From positions 186,094,638 through 186,158,637 of the forward strand of contig NC_092374.1 in NCBI RefSeq assembly GCF_030028105.1: a stretch of 64,000 bases of DNA, given 5' to 3'. The notes below the pieces were generated by a model, which was given only the letters and a program-made list of their open reading frames with translations, was not told where the DNA came from and made no database searches. How positions within the stretch are numbered: the stretch's first letter is position 1; each line of letters opens with the position of its first letter. Of the stretch, positions 1 through 12,199 are shown in pieces. The position numbers were made by a program, and so were the translations under genes. Origin of the DNA: Mobula birostris (taxonomy: Eukaryota).

Positions 1-142
1 TGACATAATAGAGTTCATTGGGTGACTGTGATGGTAACAGAGGGGATATTGGAGTGACGGGGGGAGAGCATCAGGGTATAAAAGTGATTTGGGAGGTGGG
101 GGGAGAGGCGTGAGAGGGTGGTTTGCGAAGATGATTACATCT

Positions 143-770
143 GATTAGATTATGAGGACACTCAGTCCTCATTTATTGTCATTTAGAATTGCATGCATTA
201 AGAAATGATGCAATGTTCCTCCAGAGTGATATCACAAAAAAAGCAGGACAAACGAAAGACTAACACTAACAAGACCACATAATTATAACATATAGTTACA
301 ACAGTTCAAAGCAATACCGTAATTTGATAATGAGCAGACAATACGTACGGTAAATAAAAGTCTCAAAGTTCCGATTGACTCCCGATAGTCCCGATAGCAG
401 GCGGCAAAAGGGAGAGACTCTCCCTGCCATAAACCTCCAGGCACCGACAACTGCCGATGCATTGGAAGCACCCGACCACAGCCGACTCTGAGTCCGTGCG
501 AAAACTTCGAGCCTACAATCTGCCCTCCAACGCCGAGCACCACCTCTGCCGAGTGCTTCAACCCCACCCTGGCCACCGAGCAAGAAGCAAAGCCGAGGAC
601 TCAGGGCTTTCCCCTCCGGAGATTCTGGATCATACAGTAGCAGTGGCAGCGAAGAAGGCATTTCAGAAGTTTCTCCAGATGTTCCTCCATGCTCTCACGT
701 CTGTCTCCATCAAATCAGGATTGTGCACGGCACCCTACTTGACAGATAACAGATATCATTTCACCGGAGT
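143..770 (-). mobile_element. Non-LTR retroelement 3' end (Rex1/L2-type tail), non-coding
   Basis: Begins attagattatgaggacactcagtcctc...tttattgtc; the same tail recurs at about 49163-49210. Family assignment is inferred. Confidence 0.4.
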
Positions 771-1254
771 GGCCGCTGTGCGCTGCATCACACTGCCATC
801 TTCTCTTCCCTGATATCAGGACACCTGGCTAATGTCTGTGGAAATACGGCTCAGATCACTTTGCAACTTCCATAAACTACCCATAATAGTTGGTAATTGG
901 TTTATCATTGTCACATACATTGAGATGGAGTGAGAATCTTCCAGTTCTGCATTCTAGATGAACAGATTACTCTACACAGAAGTACTGATAGGAAAAGAGG
1001 CAATAAATGAATGCAGAACATATTGGTACAGGAAGTACAGTGCAGATGGACAAACAAGGTGCAGAGGCAACAACGAAGTAGACCGTGAGATTGTGTTTGC
1101 CTTAATCATTCAAGTGCTCTGTTCACAAGTCTGAATACAGCAGGTTAAAATCTATACGTAATACCAGAGGTGTGCATACCCGAGTGTTTCTGTCTTCTGC
1201 TGGAAGAGAGTTTGGAGATGAGAGAAAGGCCAGATTGGGAATGGTGTGTGATTA

Positions 1255-1905
1255 TAAGACCAAAAGACACGGTAGCAGAATTAGGCCATTCAGCCCATTG
1301 AGCCTGCTCTGCCATTGCATCATGAGTGATTTATTTTCCCTCTCTACACCATTCTCTTGTCTTGAGGGCCGTAGTAATGGAAAAAAAATCAACCTGTTGT
1401 TAAGTATACCAAATGGCCGCCACAGCCACCTGTGGCATTAAATTTCACACATTCACCACCAAAACCACTAAAGAAATTCCTCCTCATACCCGTTCTAAAG
1501 AGACATCCTTTCACTCTGAGGTTGTGCCCTCGGGTCTGAGTCTCTCCCCTATTAGGAACATTAGGTTAGAGTTCAAGTTTATTGTCGTCTGACTGTACAT
1601 AGATACAAAAACGAAACAATGCTCCTGTAGTCAATGGTGCACCCACAAAACATACAACACACAGCACATCAATCAAAATATTACCATAAATAAGTTAATA
1701 AATTAGAAATCAAAATCATGCAGCACAGGTAAAGAGTAAACAGTAGAATATACAGTAAACCACACACTGACCCTGGTGATGAGACCTCAGTGGTGTCAGG
1801 GTATTCATTAGTTTCACAGTCTGAGGGAAGAAGGTGTTCCCCAGTCTGGCATCCTAGAACTGATGCTTCTGTACCTCCTTCCAGATGATAGTGGGTCAAA
1901 GAGAT
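1255..1905 (-). mobile_element. Degraded CR1 3' end followed by an L2/Rex1-type 3' end
   Basis: gaattaggccattcagccc CR1 tail motif in antisense, then gttcaagtttattgtc... and ctgagggaagaag...cctcctt...gatgatagtgggtc. Confidence 0.5.
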
Positions 1906-1906
1906 T

Positions 1907-2032
1907 TTCTTCATGTACACCTCGCTCTGTTCTTCTGCCTGCTCTGGATTCTTCATGGACACCCCGCTCTGGTCTTCTGCCTGCTCTGGATTCTTCATGG
2001 ACACCCCGCTCTGGTCTTCTGCCTGCTCTGGA
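1907..2032 (+). repeat. Tandem repeat, 3 x 42 bp, at the 5' junction of the Penelope-like element
   Basis: Unit ttcttcatggacaccccgctctggtcttctgcctgctctgga at 1907, 1949 and 1991. Units 2 and 3 are identical; unit 1 differs at 3 positions. Confidence 0.95.
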
Positions 2033-4398
2033 TCTCTTTATCGCTAACTGCCGACGGGACATCAACCGTCTCGACTTTACCGCACCTTGTCCCCATTCCA
2101 ACCTCACTCCTTTGGAACGCTCTGCTCTCCACTCCCTCCGCACTAATCCTAACCTTATTATTAAACCCGCCGATGAGGGGGGTGCTGTTGTAGTCTGACG
2201 TACTAACCTCTACCTTGCCGAGGCACAGCGACAACTCGCGGATACCTCCTCTTATTTACCTCTCGATCGTGACCCCACTAAGGAGCACCAGGCCATTGTC
2301 TCCCACACCATCACCGACTTTATCCGCTCAGGGGATCTCCCATCCACTGCTACCAACCTTATAGTTCCCACACCCCGCACTTCCCGTTTCTACCTCCTAC
2401 CCAAGATCCACAAACCTGCCTGTCCTGGCAGACCTATTGTCTCAGCTTGCTCCTGCCCCACCGAACTCATTTCTGCATACCTCGACACTGTTTTATCACC
2501 CCTTGTTCAATCCCTTCCGACCTATGTTCGTGACACTTCTCACGCTCTTAAACTTTTCGATGATTTTAAGTTCCCTGGCCCCCACCGCTTTATTTTCACC
2601 ATGGATGTCCAGTCCTTATATACTTCCATCCCCCATCAGGAAGGTCTCAAAGCTCTACGCTTCTTTTTGGATTCCAGACCTAATCAGTTCCCCTCTACCA
2701 CCACTCTGCTCCATCTAGTGGAATTAGTCCTTACTCTTAATAATTTCTCCTTTGGCTCCTCCCACTTCCTCCAAACTAAAGGTATAGCTATGGGCACCCG
2801 TATGGGTCCTAGCTATGCCTGCCTTTTTGTTGGCTTTGTGGAACAATCTATGTTCCGAACCTATTCTGGTATCTGTCCCCCACTTTTCCTTCGCTACATC
2901 GACGACTGCATTGGTGCTGCTTCCTGCACGCATGCAGAACTCGTTGACTTTATTAACTTTGCCTCCAACTTTCACCCTGCCCTCAAGTTTACCTGGTCCA
3001 TTTCCGACACCTCCCTCCCCTTTCTAGATCTTTCTGTCTCTGTCTCTGGCGACAGCTTATCCACTGATGTCTACTATAAGCCTACTGACTCTCACAGCTA
3101 TCTGGACTATTCCTCTTCTCACCCTGTCTCTTGAAAAAACGCCATCCCCTTCTCGCCATTCCTCCGTCTCCGCCGCATCTGCTCTCAGGATGAGGCTTTT
3201 CATTCTAGGACGAGGGAGATGTCTTCCTTTTTTAAAGAAAGGGGCTTCCCTTCCTCCACTATTAACTCTGCTCTTAAACGCATCTCCCCCATTTCACGTA
3301 CATCTGCTCTCACTCCATCCTCCCGCCACCCCACTAGGAATAGGGTTCCCCTGGTCCTCACCTACCACCCCACCAGCCTCCGGGTCCAACATATTATTCT
3401 CCGTAACTTCTGCCACCTCCAACGGGATCCCACCACTAAGCACATCTTTCCCTCCCCCCCTCTCTCTGCATTCCGCAGGGATCGCTCCCTACACAACTCC
3501 CTTGTCCATTCGTCCCCCCCATCCCTCCCCATTGATCTCCCTCCTGGCACTTATCCGTGTAAGCAGAACAAGTGCTACACATGCCCTTACACTTCCTCCC
3601 TTACCACCATTCAGGGCCCCAAACAGTCCTTCCAGGTGAGGCAACACTTCACCTGTGAGTCGACTGGGGTGATATACTGCGTCCGGTGATCCCGATGTGG
3701 TCTTTTATATATTGGCGAGACCCGACGCCGATTGGGAGACCGCTTTGCTGAACATCTACGCTCTGTCCGCAAGAGAAAGCAGGATCTCCCAGTGGCCACA
3801 CATTTTAATTCCACATCCCATTCCCATTCTGACATGTCTATCCACGGCCTCCTCTACTGTAAAGATGAAGCCACACTCAGGTTGGAGGAACAACACCTTA
3901 TATTCTGTCTGGGTAGCCTCCAACCTGATGGCATGAACATCGACTTCTCTAACTTCCGCTAGGCCCCACCTCCCCCTCGTACCCCATCTGTTACTTATTT
4001 TTATGCACACATTCTTTCTCTCACTCTCCTTTTTCTCCCTCTGTCCCTCTGAATATACCTCTTGCCCATCCTCTGGGTCCCGCCCCCCCCCCCCATCTTT
4101 CTTCCCGGACCTCCTGTCCCATGATCCTCTCGTATCCCCTTTTGCCTATCACCTGTCCAGCTCTTGGCTATATCCCTCCCCCTCCTGTCTTCTCCTATCA
4201 TTTTGGATCTCCCCCTCCCCCTCCAACTTTCAAATCCCTTACTCACTCTTCCTTCAGTTAGTCCTGACGAAGGGTCTCGGCCTGAAATGTCGACTGCACC
4301 TCTTCCTACAGATGCTGCTTGGCCTGCTGCGTTCACCAGCAACTTTGATGTGTGTTGCTTGAATTTCCAGCATCTGCAGAATTCCTGTTGTTTGCATT
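1907..4398 (+). mobile_element. Penelope-like element (Neptune-type), 5'-truncated: RT + Cys linker + GIY-YIG endonuclease + 3' tail with hammerhead motif
   Basis: One frame carries RT motifs MDVQSLYTSIP, QTKGIAMGTRMGPSYA and YIDD, the linker CKQNKCYTC, and GVIYCVR*SRCGLLYIGET (GIY-YIG). It has three in-frame TGA codons (2196, 3132, 3687). Confidence 0.92.
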
Positions 4399-4399
4399 C

Positions 4400-4545
4400 A
4401 CAGAGATTGTGGGATGGGTGGGGATTCTCCACTATACTTCTTTGTCTGAAACACTTCCGATAACTGTCACAGGTGGTGAGGGAGACCCTTGTTGTTCTCT
4501 TGGCCATCCGTGTTAGCTGCCCTCGGTGGAGCGTTGCTGTCTGAT
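4400..4545 (-). mobile_element. Rex1/L2-type RT C-terminal remnant
   Basis: Minus frame AKRTTRVSLTT...RQRSIVENPHPSHNL resembles the A.RIIG..LPS...SII.DP.HP.H.LF tail of these LINEs. Confidence 0.5.
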
Positions 4546-5712
4546 GCTTTGCAGCCTTTGTACGACAGAACAATGCAGCCAGACAGGAACTCTCAACGCA
4601 AGTCTCAAATACTGTCACAGGTTTGTTAAAACAGGGTGTGATCAGGTATGCAACATCTGGGTTTGCAGTCCTGCCTGGCCAGGGAAGAAACCGGACGGCA
4701 GCCGGAGGAAGATGGTGGTTATCGCCAGTTAAGAAACACGCCCCTCCATTAACTGCAGCTGCCTCGGACATGTCACAGGAGACAAGAAATAGTATGCGGT
4801 CATAGATCAGGGCAATGCACTCTTTTCCATTCCCCTGTCACCAGTCACAGGACCAACATGGGGAGGTAGACAGTACACTTCAACCAAATTGCCTCAGCTG
4901 TATATGCATCACTCTGTCCTAGGGTTCTGGTCCCGTATCCTGGCTGGTGCAGCAGAATAATACAGACCCTTTGCAAAACAACTACCAGCCTGCTATTGGG
5001 TGTTGGTGGAGACGAAGGCCTTAACCGAAAGGAGGAAGCAAAGTCACTCTGACACCCGACCTCCCTATTCTGACATGGGTGCTCTCGGAGAGCCCCACCA
5101 CCAGGGTGGGGAGGGCTCAGCAAGCCTCTAGGGTGAAAGGGAAGTGATACATTGCAGGACAGGCAAATAATGGCTGGGAAGGAGTCAGCAAATTACAGGA
5201 AAGTGTAGCCCACGTACCTGTGGATAGGAACTGTGCTGAAACTGCGGACCTCCTCCACAGGGCGACTCCATCTCCTGTTGCTTGGGGTGTACCGTATGGA
5301 CAGTTGTCCGAAACAGACAAACGTCACCCCGGTTTACGGACGGCTCCAGTCGCCGGAGAGCCGGTGTCCAGGGTGGGGAGCTGTCTCGCTGAACCCAGTC
5401 ACAGGTGCGGTTCTGCAGCAGCAGGGGAAGGCGGTTCCAGCCAGCCGGCTGGACTGGTGGCTGTCACCTTCCCGGTGCAGCATGAACCGAGTCGGCTGCA
5501 CAAATACAGACTCACGGGCAGTGCGAATGGAATGGCTGTGGGGGTGACAGGGAGGTAGCAATGAAGCTGACAGAAACAGGGATAGTCCCTGCGGGGGCAG
5601 GCAGTAACTCTCTGTGAATAGATCTGAGAATTGCCACATAACATGGCTAGTCATTTGGGACTGCATAGCAATCAAATGGGCGAAATATTGAGGTATACGA
5701 CTACCTGTAGAC

Positions 5713-6975
5713 ATGACTAAAGAAGTCCATGGGAGGTCAAGTCTAACCATTCATAGAGAGTTTATCGAGGAAGTTACCAGGAAAGTTGATGAAGGCAAGG
5801 CAGTGGATGTTGTGTACATGGCTTTAGCAAGGTACTTGACGAGGTCTCACATAGGAAGTTGGTCAAGAAGGTTAAGTCGCTCGGCATTCAAGATGAGCAG
5901 CAAATTGGATTGGACGTTAGGTTTGCAGAGGACACCAGAAATCAGTAGGTGGTTGCCTCTCTGACTGGAGGCCTGTAACTAGTGGAGTGCGCGCAGGGAT
6001 CGATGCTGGGTCTGTTGTTGTTTGTCATTTATATCAGCTATTCGGATAAAAATGTGGTTAACTGGATCAGCAAATTTGCGGATTACACCAAGACTGGGGA
6101 TGCTGTGCACAGCGAGGAAGGTGATAATGGCTTTTAGTGGGATCTGGAGCAGCTGGAAAAATGGGCTGAAAAATGGCAGATGAAATTTAATGCAGACAAG
6201 TGCGAAATTTTGCACTTCGATAGGACCAACCGGGGTAGGTCTTACACAGCGAACGGTAGGACACTGAGGAGTGTGGAACACTCCGTGAATTCAGGTCAAT
6301 AATTCAGTGAAAGTGGTGTCACAGGTAGATAATGTCATAAAGAAAACTTTTGGCACACTGCTCATAAATCATAGTATTGAGTGCAGGAGATGGGATGTTA
6401 TGTTGAAGTTGTACAAGACATTGGGGAGGCCTCATTTGGAGTAAAGTGTGCAGTTTTGGTCACTTGCCTACAGACAACATGTAAGTAAGGTTGAAGGAGC
6501 ACAGAGAAAATTTACAAAGATGTTGTCAGGTCTGGAAGACCTGAGTTATAAGAAAAGATTGAATAACTCAGGACTTTATTCCTTGGAATGTAGATGATTG
6601 AGAGTAGATCTGATAGAGGCAAACAAAATTATGAGGGGTATAGTTAGGGTAAATACAAGCAGGCATTTTCCACTGAGTTCGGGTGGGACTACAATCAGAG
6701 ATTAAAGGTGAAATGTGAAAAGTTTAAGGGGAACATGAGGGGAAACTTCTTCACTTAGAGGATCATGAGAGTGTGGAACGAGTAGCCAGCACAACTGGCC
6801 CATGCAAGCTCGATTTCAATGTTTAAGGGAAGGTTGGATAGGTATATGGATGGTAGGGGTATTGAGGGCTCTGGTCCTGGTGCAGGTCAATGGGAATAGA
6901 CAATTAAAATGGTTTGGCACAGAGTAGATGGGCTGAAAGGTCTGCTTCTGTGCTGTACTCTTCTATGACTCTGTG
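5713..6975 (+). mobile_element. CR1 LINE, decayed RT and 3' end
   Basis: EFIEEVTRKVDEGKAVDVVYM, KFADYTK, and LYSL..R.LR.DLIE motifs, with many stops and frameshifts. Confidence 0.85.
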
Positions 6976-6982
6976 ACTCCAA

Positions 6983-8095
6983 GTTGTTACTGCACGTGAT
7001 ACTTGTCAGTGGGTTAAAAGGAGAGCACCCTCTGAGAAGCCAACTGTCCATGTTAAAAGGGTGGGGTGGGGGGTGGGGGAGGCTGGTCCAGCTCAAGTAC
7101 GGCAGACTGATTACATTGGACCTCTGCCACAGCAGCAATGCTATGAATTCTGCTTGCCACCCATTCAGGTCTATCGTCAATGGAAATTCCTTGTCCAAAA
7201 GTTGACAAAGATCACGCACAGAAGTTAGTCAGTTATTAATGGGACCCTCACGTGATAGAATCAGTTAATGCGTCTCATTTCTTGGAAGAAGCTGTGAAAG
7301 ACTGGGCTGCCAAGAACGGCATTCATTGGTGTATCAAGTACCCTGTTACCCCCAAGTATCAGGGCTGGTCAAAACAACGAGTGATCTTTTAAAACAACAG
7401 ATTTGTTTATTGTCACCATCACACCTAACCTTGTACAATCTAAACAACAGACCATTACCCCAAGGATTGCCAATGACTAGGATGATCCAGAATCAGAGGA
7501 AGAAATGGGTACTGAAGAAAGGGCTCCCACTGTGGGAGGGAAAGTGTGAGTGCACCTTCCAAATTCTGTGATTTGCAAGAGGGAGATTGTAGAAAATGGA
7601 GATGGTAACACATACTGCGTATCAATCAGTACAATGGCAAGACTGATGTGTGTAAACAGGGAGAAAATAACCAAACGAGAATGATTTAAATTTCTGTAAG
7701 ATTGATAATAACAAGCACTTTGTTTTCTTCCAGGTGAAATAACAGCACTGGAATTAGTCCTGTCACAGCATGGACTTTACCCTGAAGAGGGATTATTGTC
7801 TGGACATACGGGAGACTATTTACAGAAGAAGAAGACAGCTCTCGATAAAAGACTTACACATTGGTGAACTATAAGCACAGTGAATTGTGATCCAGTTTGC
7901 ATTAGTCAAAATAAAGTATAGATCTGAGGAATAACTAGGGGATGTAAAATAATCATAATATTACTTGCACTCATGGTGTAGTTTATTTTAGCTGTTGCTT
8001 ATTTAGAATTCATATTATTATCCAACTTCTTAAATAATTACTTTATTCTATTTCTAGTTAACCTGTATTTACCATAAAGTTTGTATAATTTTTGC
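6983..8095 (+). mobile_element. Endogenous retrovirus relic, ERV-L/class III-like integrase + putative PPT and partial 3' LTR
   Basis: PAQVRQTDYIGPLP (DYIGPLP at 7109-7129), IESVNASHF...VKDWAAKNGIHW, then after a frameshift VYQVPCYPQVSGLV...LLKQQI and LNNRP. Purine run ending 7942 followed by TG at 7943. Confidence 0.7.
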
Positions 8096-9761
8096 AGGCA
8101 AGAGTGAGGTGTTGCACTTTGGTAGGACCTTCCCGGTAGGTCTTACACAGTGAACGGTTAAGGTACAGAGGAGTGGGATCTGGGAATACAGGTTCATAAC
8201 TCATTGAAAGTGGCATCACAGGTAGATAGGGTCATAAAGAAATCTTTTGGCACAATGGCCTTCATAAACCAAAGTACTGAATACAGGCCTAATTTTGACA
8301 ATTGTATGCAGATTGGTCACCTGCTGCATTCAAGAACACTTGGGGGCAAGTTCAGCAGGAAATTACAGTGGAGTAAAGGGAACTACAGAGCATGGGAGAG
8401 GAGTTGGCAGGAATTCATTGGAATACAACACTGGCAGGGATGATGGCAAAGCAGCAATGGCTTGAATTTCTGTAAGCAACTCATAAGCCATAGGATATAT
8501 ACATCCCAAAGAGGAAGAAGTATTCTAAAGGCAAGATGACACAAACCATGGCTAACAAGAGAAATCAAAGCCAACATAAAAGCAAAAGAGAGGGCATATA
8601 ATAGAGCAAAAATTAGTGGGAAGTTAGGGGATTGGGAAGCTATTAAAAACCATCAGAACGTAACTAAAATGTTATTAAGAAGGTAGAGATGATCACAAAA
8701 GTAAGCTGGCCAATAATATTAAAGAGGATATTACATATTTCTTCAGATACATAAAGTGTAAAAACGAGGTGAGAGTGGATATCGGTCTGCTGGAAAATGA
8801 TGCTGGAGTGGTAGAAATAGGGGGCAAGGAAATGGTGGACGAACGTGAATAACTACTTTACATCAGTCTTCACTGTGGAAGACACTAGCAGTATGGTGGA
8901 AGTTCCAGTTGTCAGGGTCACAAAATGTGAAATGTGTGAAGTTACCATTTATTGAGAGTAGGTTCTTGCAAAACTGGAAGGTCTGAAAGTAGGTAATTCA
9001 TCTGGACCAGATGGTGTACACCCCAGGGTTTTGAAAGAGAGGGCTGAAGAGTTTGTGAAGGCATTTGTAATATTCTTTCAAAAATTACTAGATTCTGGAA
9101 TGGTTCCAGAGGAATGGAAGATTGCAAACGTCACTCCACCCCTCAAAAAGGAAGAGAGGCAGAAGAAAGGAAACAATAGGCCAATTAATTTGACCTAAGT
9201 GGTTGGGAATATGTTGGAGACAATTATTAAGGATGAGGTCTTGGGGTACTTGGTAGCTCATGATAAAATAGACTGTAGTGAGCATGGTTTCCACAAGAGA
9301 AAATCTTGCCTGACAGATCTGTTGGAATTCTTGAAAAAATAACAAGCAGGGTAGACAAAGGAGCATTAGTTGATGTTGTGTAGTTGGATTTTCAAAAGGC
9401 CTTTGACAAGGTGCCACACATGAGGCTGCTTAACAAGCTATGGTCCCATGGTATCACAGGAAATATTCTAGCATGGATAAAGCAGTGGCTGATTGGCAGG
9501 CAGCAAAGAGTGGTAGGCTGATGGTGGATAGCGGTATTCCACAGGGATCTGCGATGGGACTAATTGTTTTATGTTACATGTCAACAATTTGGATGCTGAA
9601 ATTGATGGCTTTGTTGCAAAGTCTGCAAACAATATGAAGATAGGTGAAGGGGCAGGTAGTTTTGAGGAAGTAGAGAGGCCACGGAAGGACTTAGACTGAT
9701 TAGGAGAATGGGCAAAGAAGCGGCAGATGGAATACCGTGTCAGGAAGTGAATGGTCATGCA
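8096..9761 (+). mobile_element. CR1 LINE ORF2 fragments
   Basis: PWLTREIKANIK, VTPPLKKEER.KKGN, GKSCLT, DVV.LDFQKAFDKVPH and GIPQGS motifs, all degraded. Confidence 0.85.
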
Positions 9762-10501
9762 GCTCGAAGGTTGCTATGGTGACCAAAGGCAGATTGTTGA
9801 TGTTACTTTCAAGGACTTGTTGCCTGCTTGCACTGCTTTACAGACAAAGGAGGGAGGGACTATTTGAATGACAGGTGATGCTCAGCCTGGTGAGATAAAT
9901 GGGAGGTCAGATGATACAGACCTCAGACACATGATCTGGACACTGAGTGAGCGTTGTTGTGCCCGCAGAGAAAGTGGGTTTTGGAGGATCGATCAGGCGG
10001 ATCGATCCAAATTGCTATTCCAACGGTGAAGAAGGGTTTGACTGGTGGGGAGTTGTCCATGTGTCCACCCTTGCCAGGGTGATAGCTCCACCACAGAAGA
10101 CCAGTCCCTCGGTTAAAGTCACAGTCGGTGACTTGTAAAGGATTTTGGAGGACGACGAGAAGATCGACGCCATCAGCTCACCTGAAGACTCAAGTCTCTC
10201 TCTCTCTCTCTCTCTCTCTCCATCACTACCCAACAAAATACCATGAACTGAACTGAACTTTACTCAACATCGTAAGACTGTATCTTTTCACCCCTAGACT
10301 TAAAGAAGCTTGGTTTTTTCATACATATATATTCCACACTTACTTTTATATATAATCATTGCTAACCTGTTTGATTTCTCTACATTCATATTACTGTATT
10401 GCGTAGTTACTAATAAATATTATTAGTTGTTAGCAATAAGAGACTCCAGAGTGTTTTCCATCTCTGCTGGTTTCTTAACCCTCGTCACGGGGTACATGAC
10501 A
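9762..10501 (-). mobile_element. Partial LTR of the same family as 47220-48148
   Basis: The minus strand starts tgtcatgtaccccgtgacg and matches the 47.2-48.0 kb LTR over about 700 bp. Confidence 0.8.
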
Positions 10502-10525
10502 GGCTAAGGTCTTGAAGCTTGTTGA

Positions 10526-11185
10526 TTAGTTTTCAGGGGATGATAGTATTAAACTCCAATGTATAATCAGTAAAGAGCATCCTGATGTCTGTCTTTGCTG
10601 TCCAGATGTTCCAGGGTTGAGTGAAGAGCCAATGATATGGAGCAGCTGCCCCTGACTCCTTCCCTCCAGAAGGTTCTTTAAGCAATTCATGATATCCTTG
10701 ACCCTGGCACCAGGGAGGCAACATCTGTCTATTCCTTTGTCAATGTTTCCCTCTTGTCGAAAGATTGGAGCGACTGAACTTGTATACACTGGAATTTAGA
10801 AGGATGAGAGGGGATCTGATTGAAACATATAAGATTATTAAGGGATTGGACACGCTAGAGGTGGGAAGCATGTTCCCAATGTTGGAGGAGTCCAGAACCA
10901 GAGGCCACAGTTTAAGAATAAAGGGTAGACCATTTAGAACCGAGTTGAGGAAAAACTTTTTCACACAGAGCTTTGCGGATTTGTGGAATGCTCTGCCTCA
11001 GAAGGCAGTGGAGGAGGCCAATTCTCTGGATTCTTTTAAGAAAGAGTTAGATAGAGCTCTTAAAGATAGCGGAGTCAAGGCATATGGGGAAAAGGCAGGA
11101 ACTGGATACTAATTGTGAACGATCACAGTGAATGGCGGTGCTGGCTCGAAGGGCTGAATGGCCTACTCCTGCCCCTATTGTCTAC
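10526..11185. mobile_element. CR1 fragments: ORF1 esterase piece (minus) and ORF2 3' end (plus)
   Basis: CCLPGARVKDI on minus; LYTLEFRRMRGDLIETYKII...RTRGHSLRIKGRPF and the ggcctactcctg tail on plus. Confidence 0.8.
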
Positions 11186-11289
11186 TTACACTATAAATTT
11201 ACTTTGAACTTTATGTTGAGAAGGGAGGGTGATGAGTATGAGACAGGATCCTAACAACAGCAATGTCCAATTCCTCCCACTGCCGGCTC

Positions 11290-11995
11290 CGGTGAGAGGA
11301 GCTTGGGAAATGTTGTAGGGTGGGGGTGGGTGGATTCCTGGGGCACTGGGACCGATTCTGGGAAAAATAGAACCCACACATCCCGGATGGATTGCACCTC
11401 ATTACCTGGACGTCTTCACACGGACGTAGGAGAGGACATACCCTCCGTCCGCCAGAAGAAGCAGGAATGCCTATTGGCATCTATTTTAATTCCACTTTGC
11501 ATTCCCATTCCGATATGTCAAGCCATGGCTTCCTCTACTGTACGATGAGGCCACACTCAGGTGGAGGAACAACATCTTATATTCCGTCTGGGTAGCCTCC
11601 AACCTGATGGCATGAACATCAATTTCTTGAACTTCTAGTAATGTCCCCCACCTTCCTCACCATTCCCCATCCCCCTTACCCTCTCTCACCTTATCTCCTT
11701 GCCTGCCCATCTCTGGTGCTCTTTCCCCCCCCCCCCCTTTTCTTTCATCCATGGCCTTCTGTCTTCTATCTGATTCCCCCTTCTCTTTCACTCATCAACC
11801 TCCCAGCTCCTTACTTCAACTCCCCCCCCCGTTTCATCTGTCATTTTGTTTCTCTCTCCCCTCCCCCACCTTTCAAATCTACTCCTCTTTTTCTTTCTCT
11901 CCAGTCCTGCCAAAGGGTTTCGCACGAAATGTCGGCTGTACTTTTTTCCACAGGTGCTGCCTGGCCTGCGGACTTCCTCCGGCATTCTGTGTGTG
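11290..11995 (+). mobile_element. Penelope-like element 3' fragment with degenerate hammerhead
   Basis: FNSTLHSHSDMS.HG...GSLQPDGMNI is homologous to 3800-3960; the motif at 11902-11938 is degenerate. Confidence 0.8.
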
Positions 11996-12199
11996 TCGCG
12001 GGGATTTCACTTCGCTCGGTAGAGAATAGGACGAACTGAGCGTAAATTCGGAATGGGGGAGGGGTCAATCAGGGAGGGAATTTGCTTCACAAATGCAGAC
12101 CGATGCAACTATCAGGAGCTGCTGGAAAATGATCAGCCGGATGAAAGTAGTACTCTGGTTTGCGTGGGATACCAGTACAGAACAGTTTTAGTCAATAAA

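Noticed and set aside
1907-2032. CRISPR-like array
   Set aside because: The repeats are head-to-tail with no spacers, inside a eukaryotic retroelement ORF.
4001-4771. 256-aa minus-strand ORF
   Set aside because: It is an antisense read across a Penelope tail, a Rex1 remnant and unique DNA, with no coherent domain.
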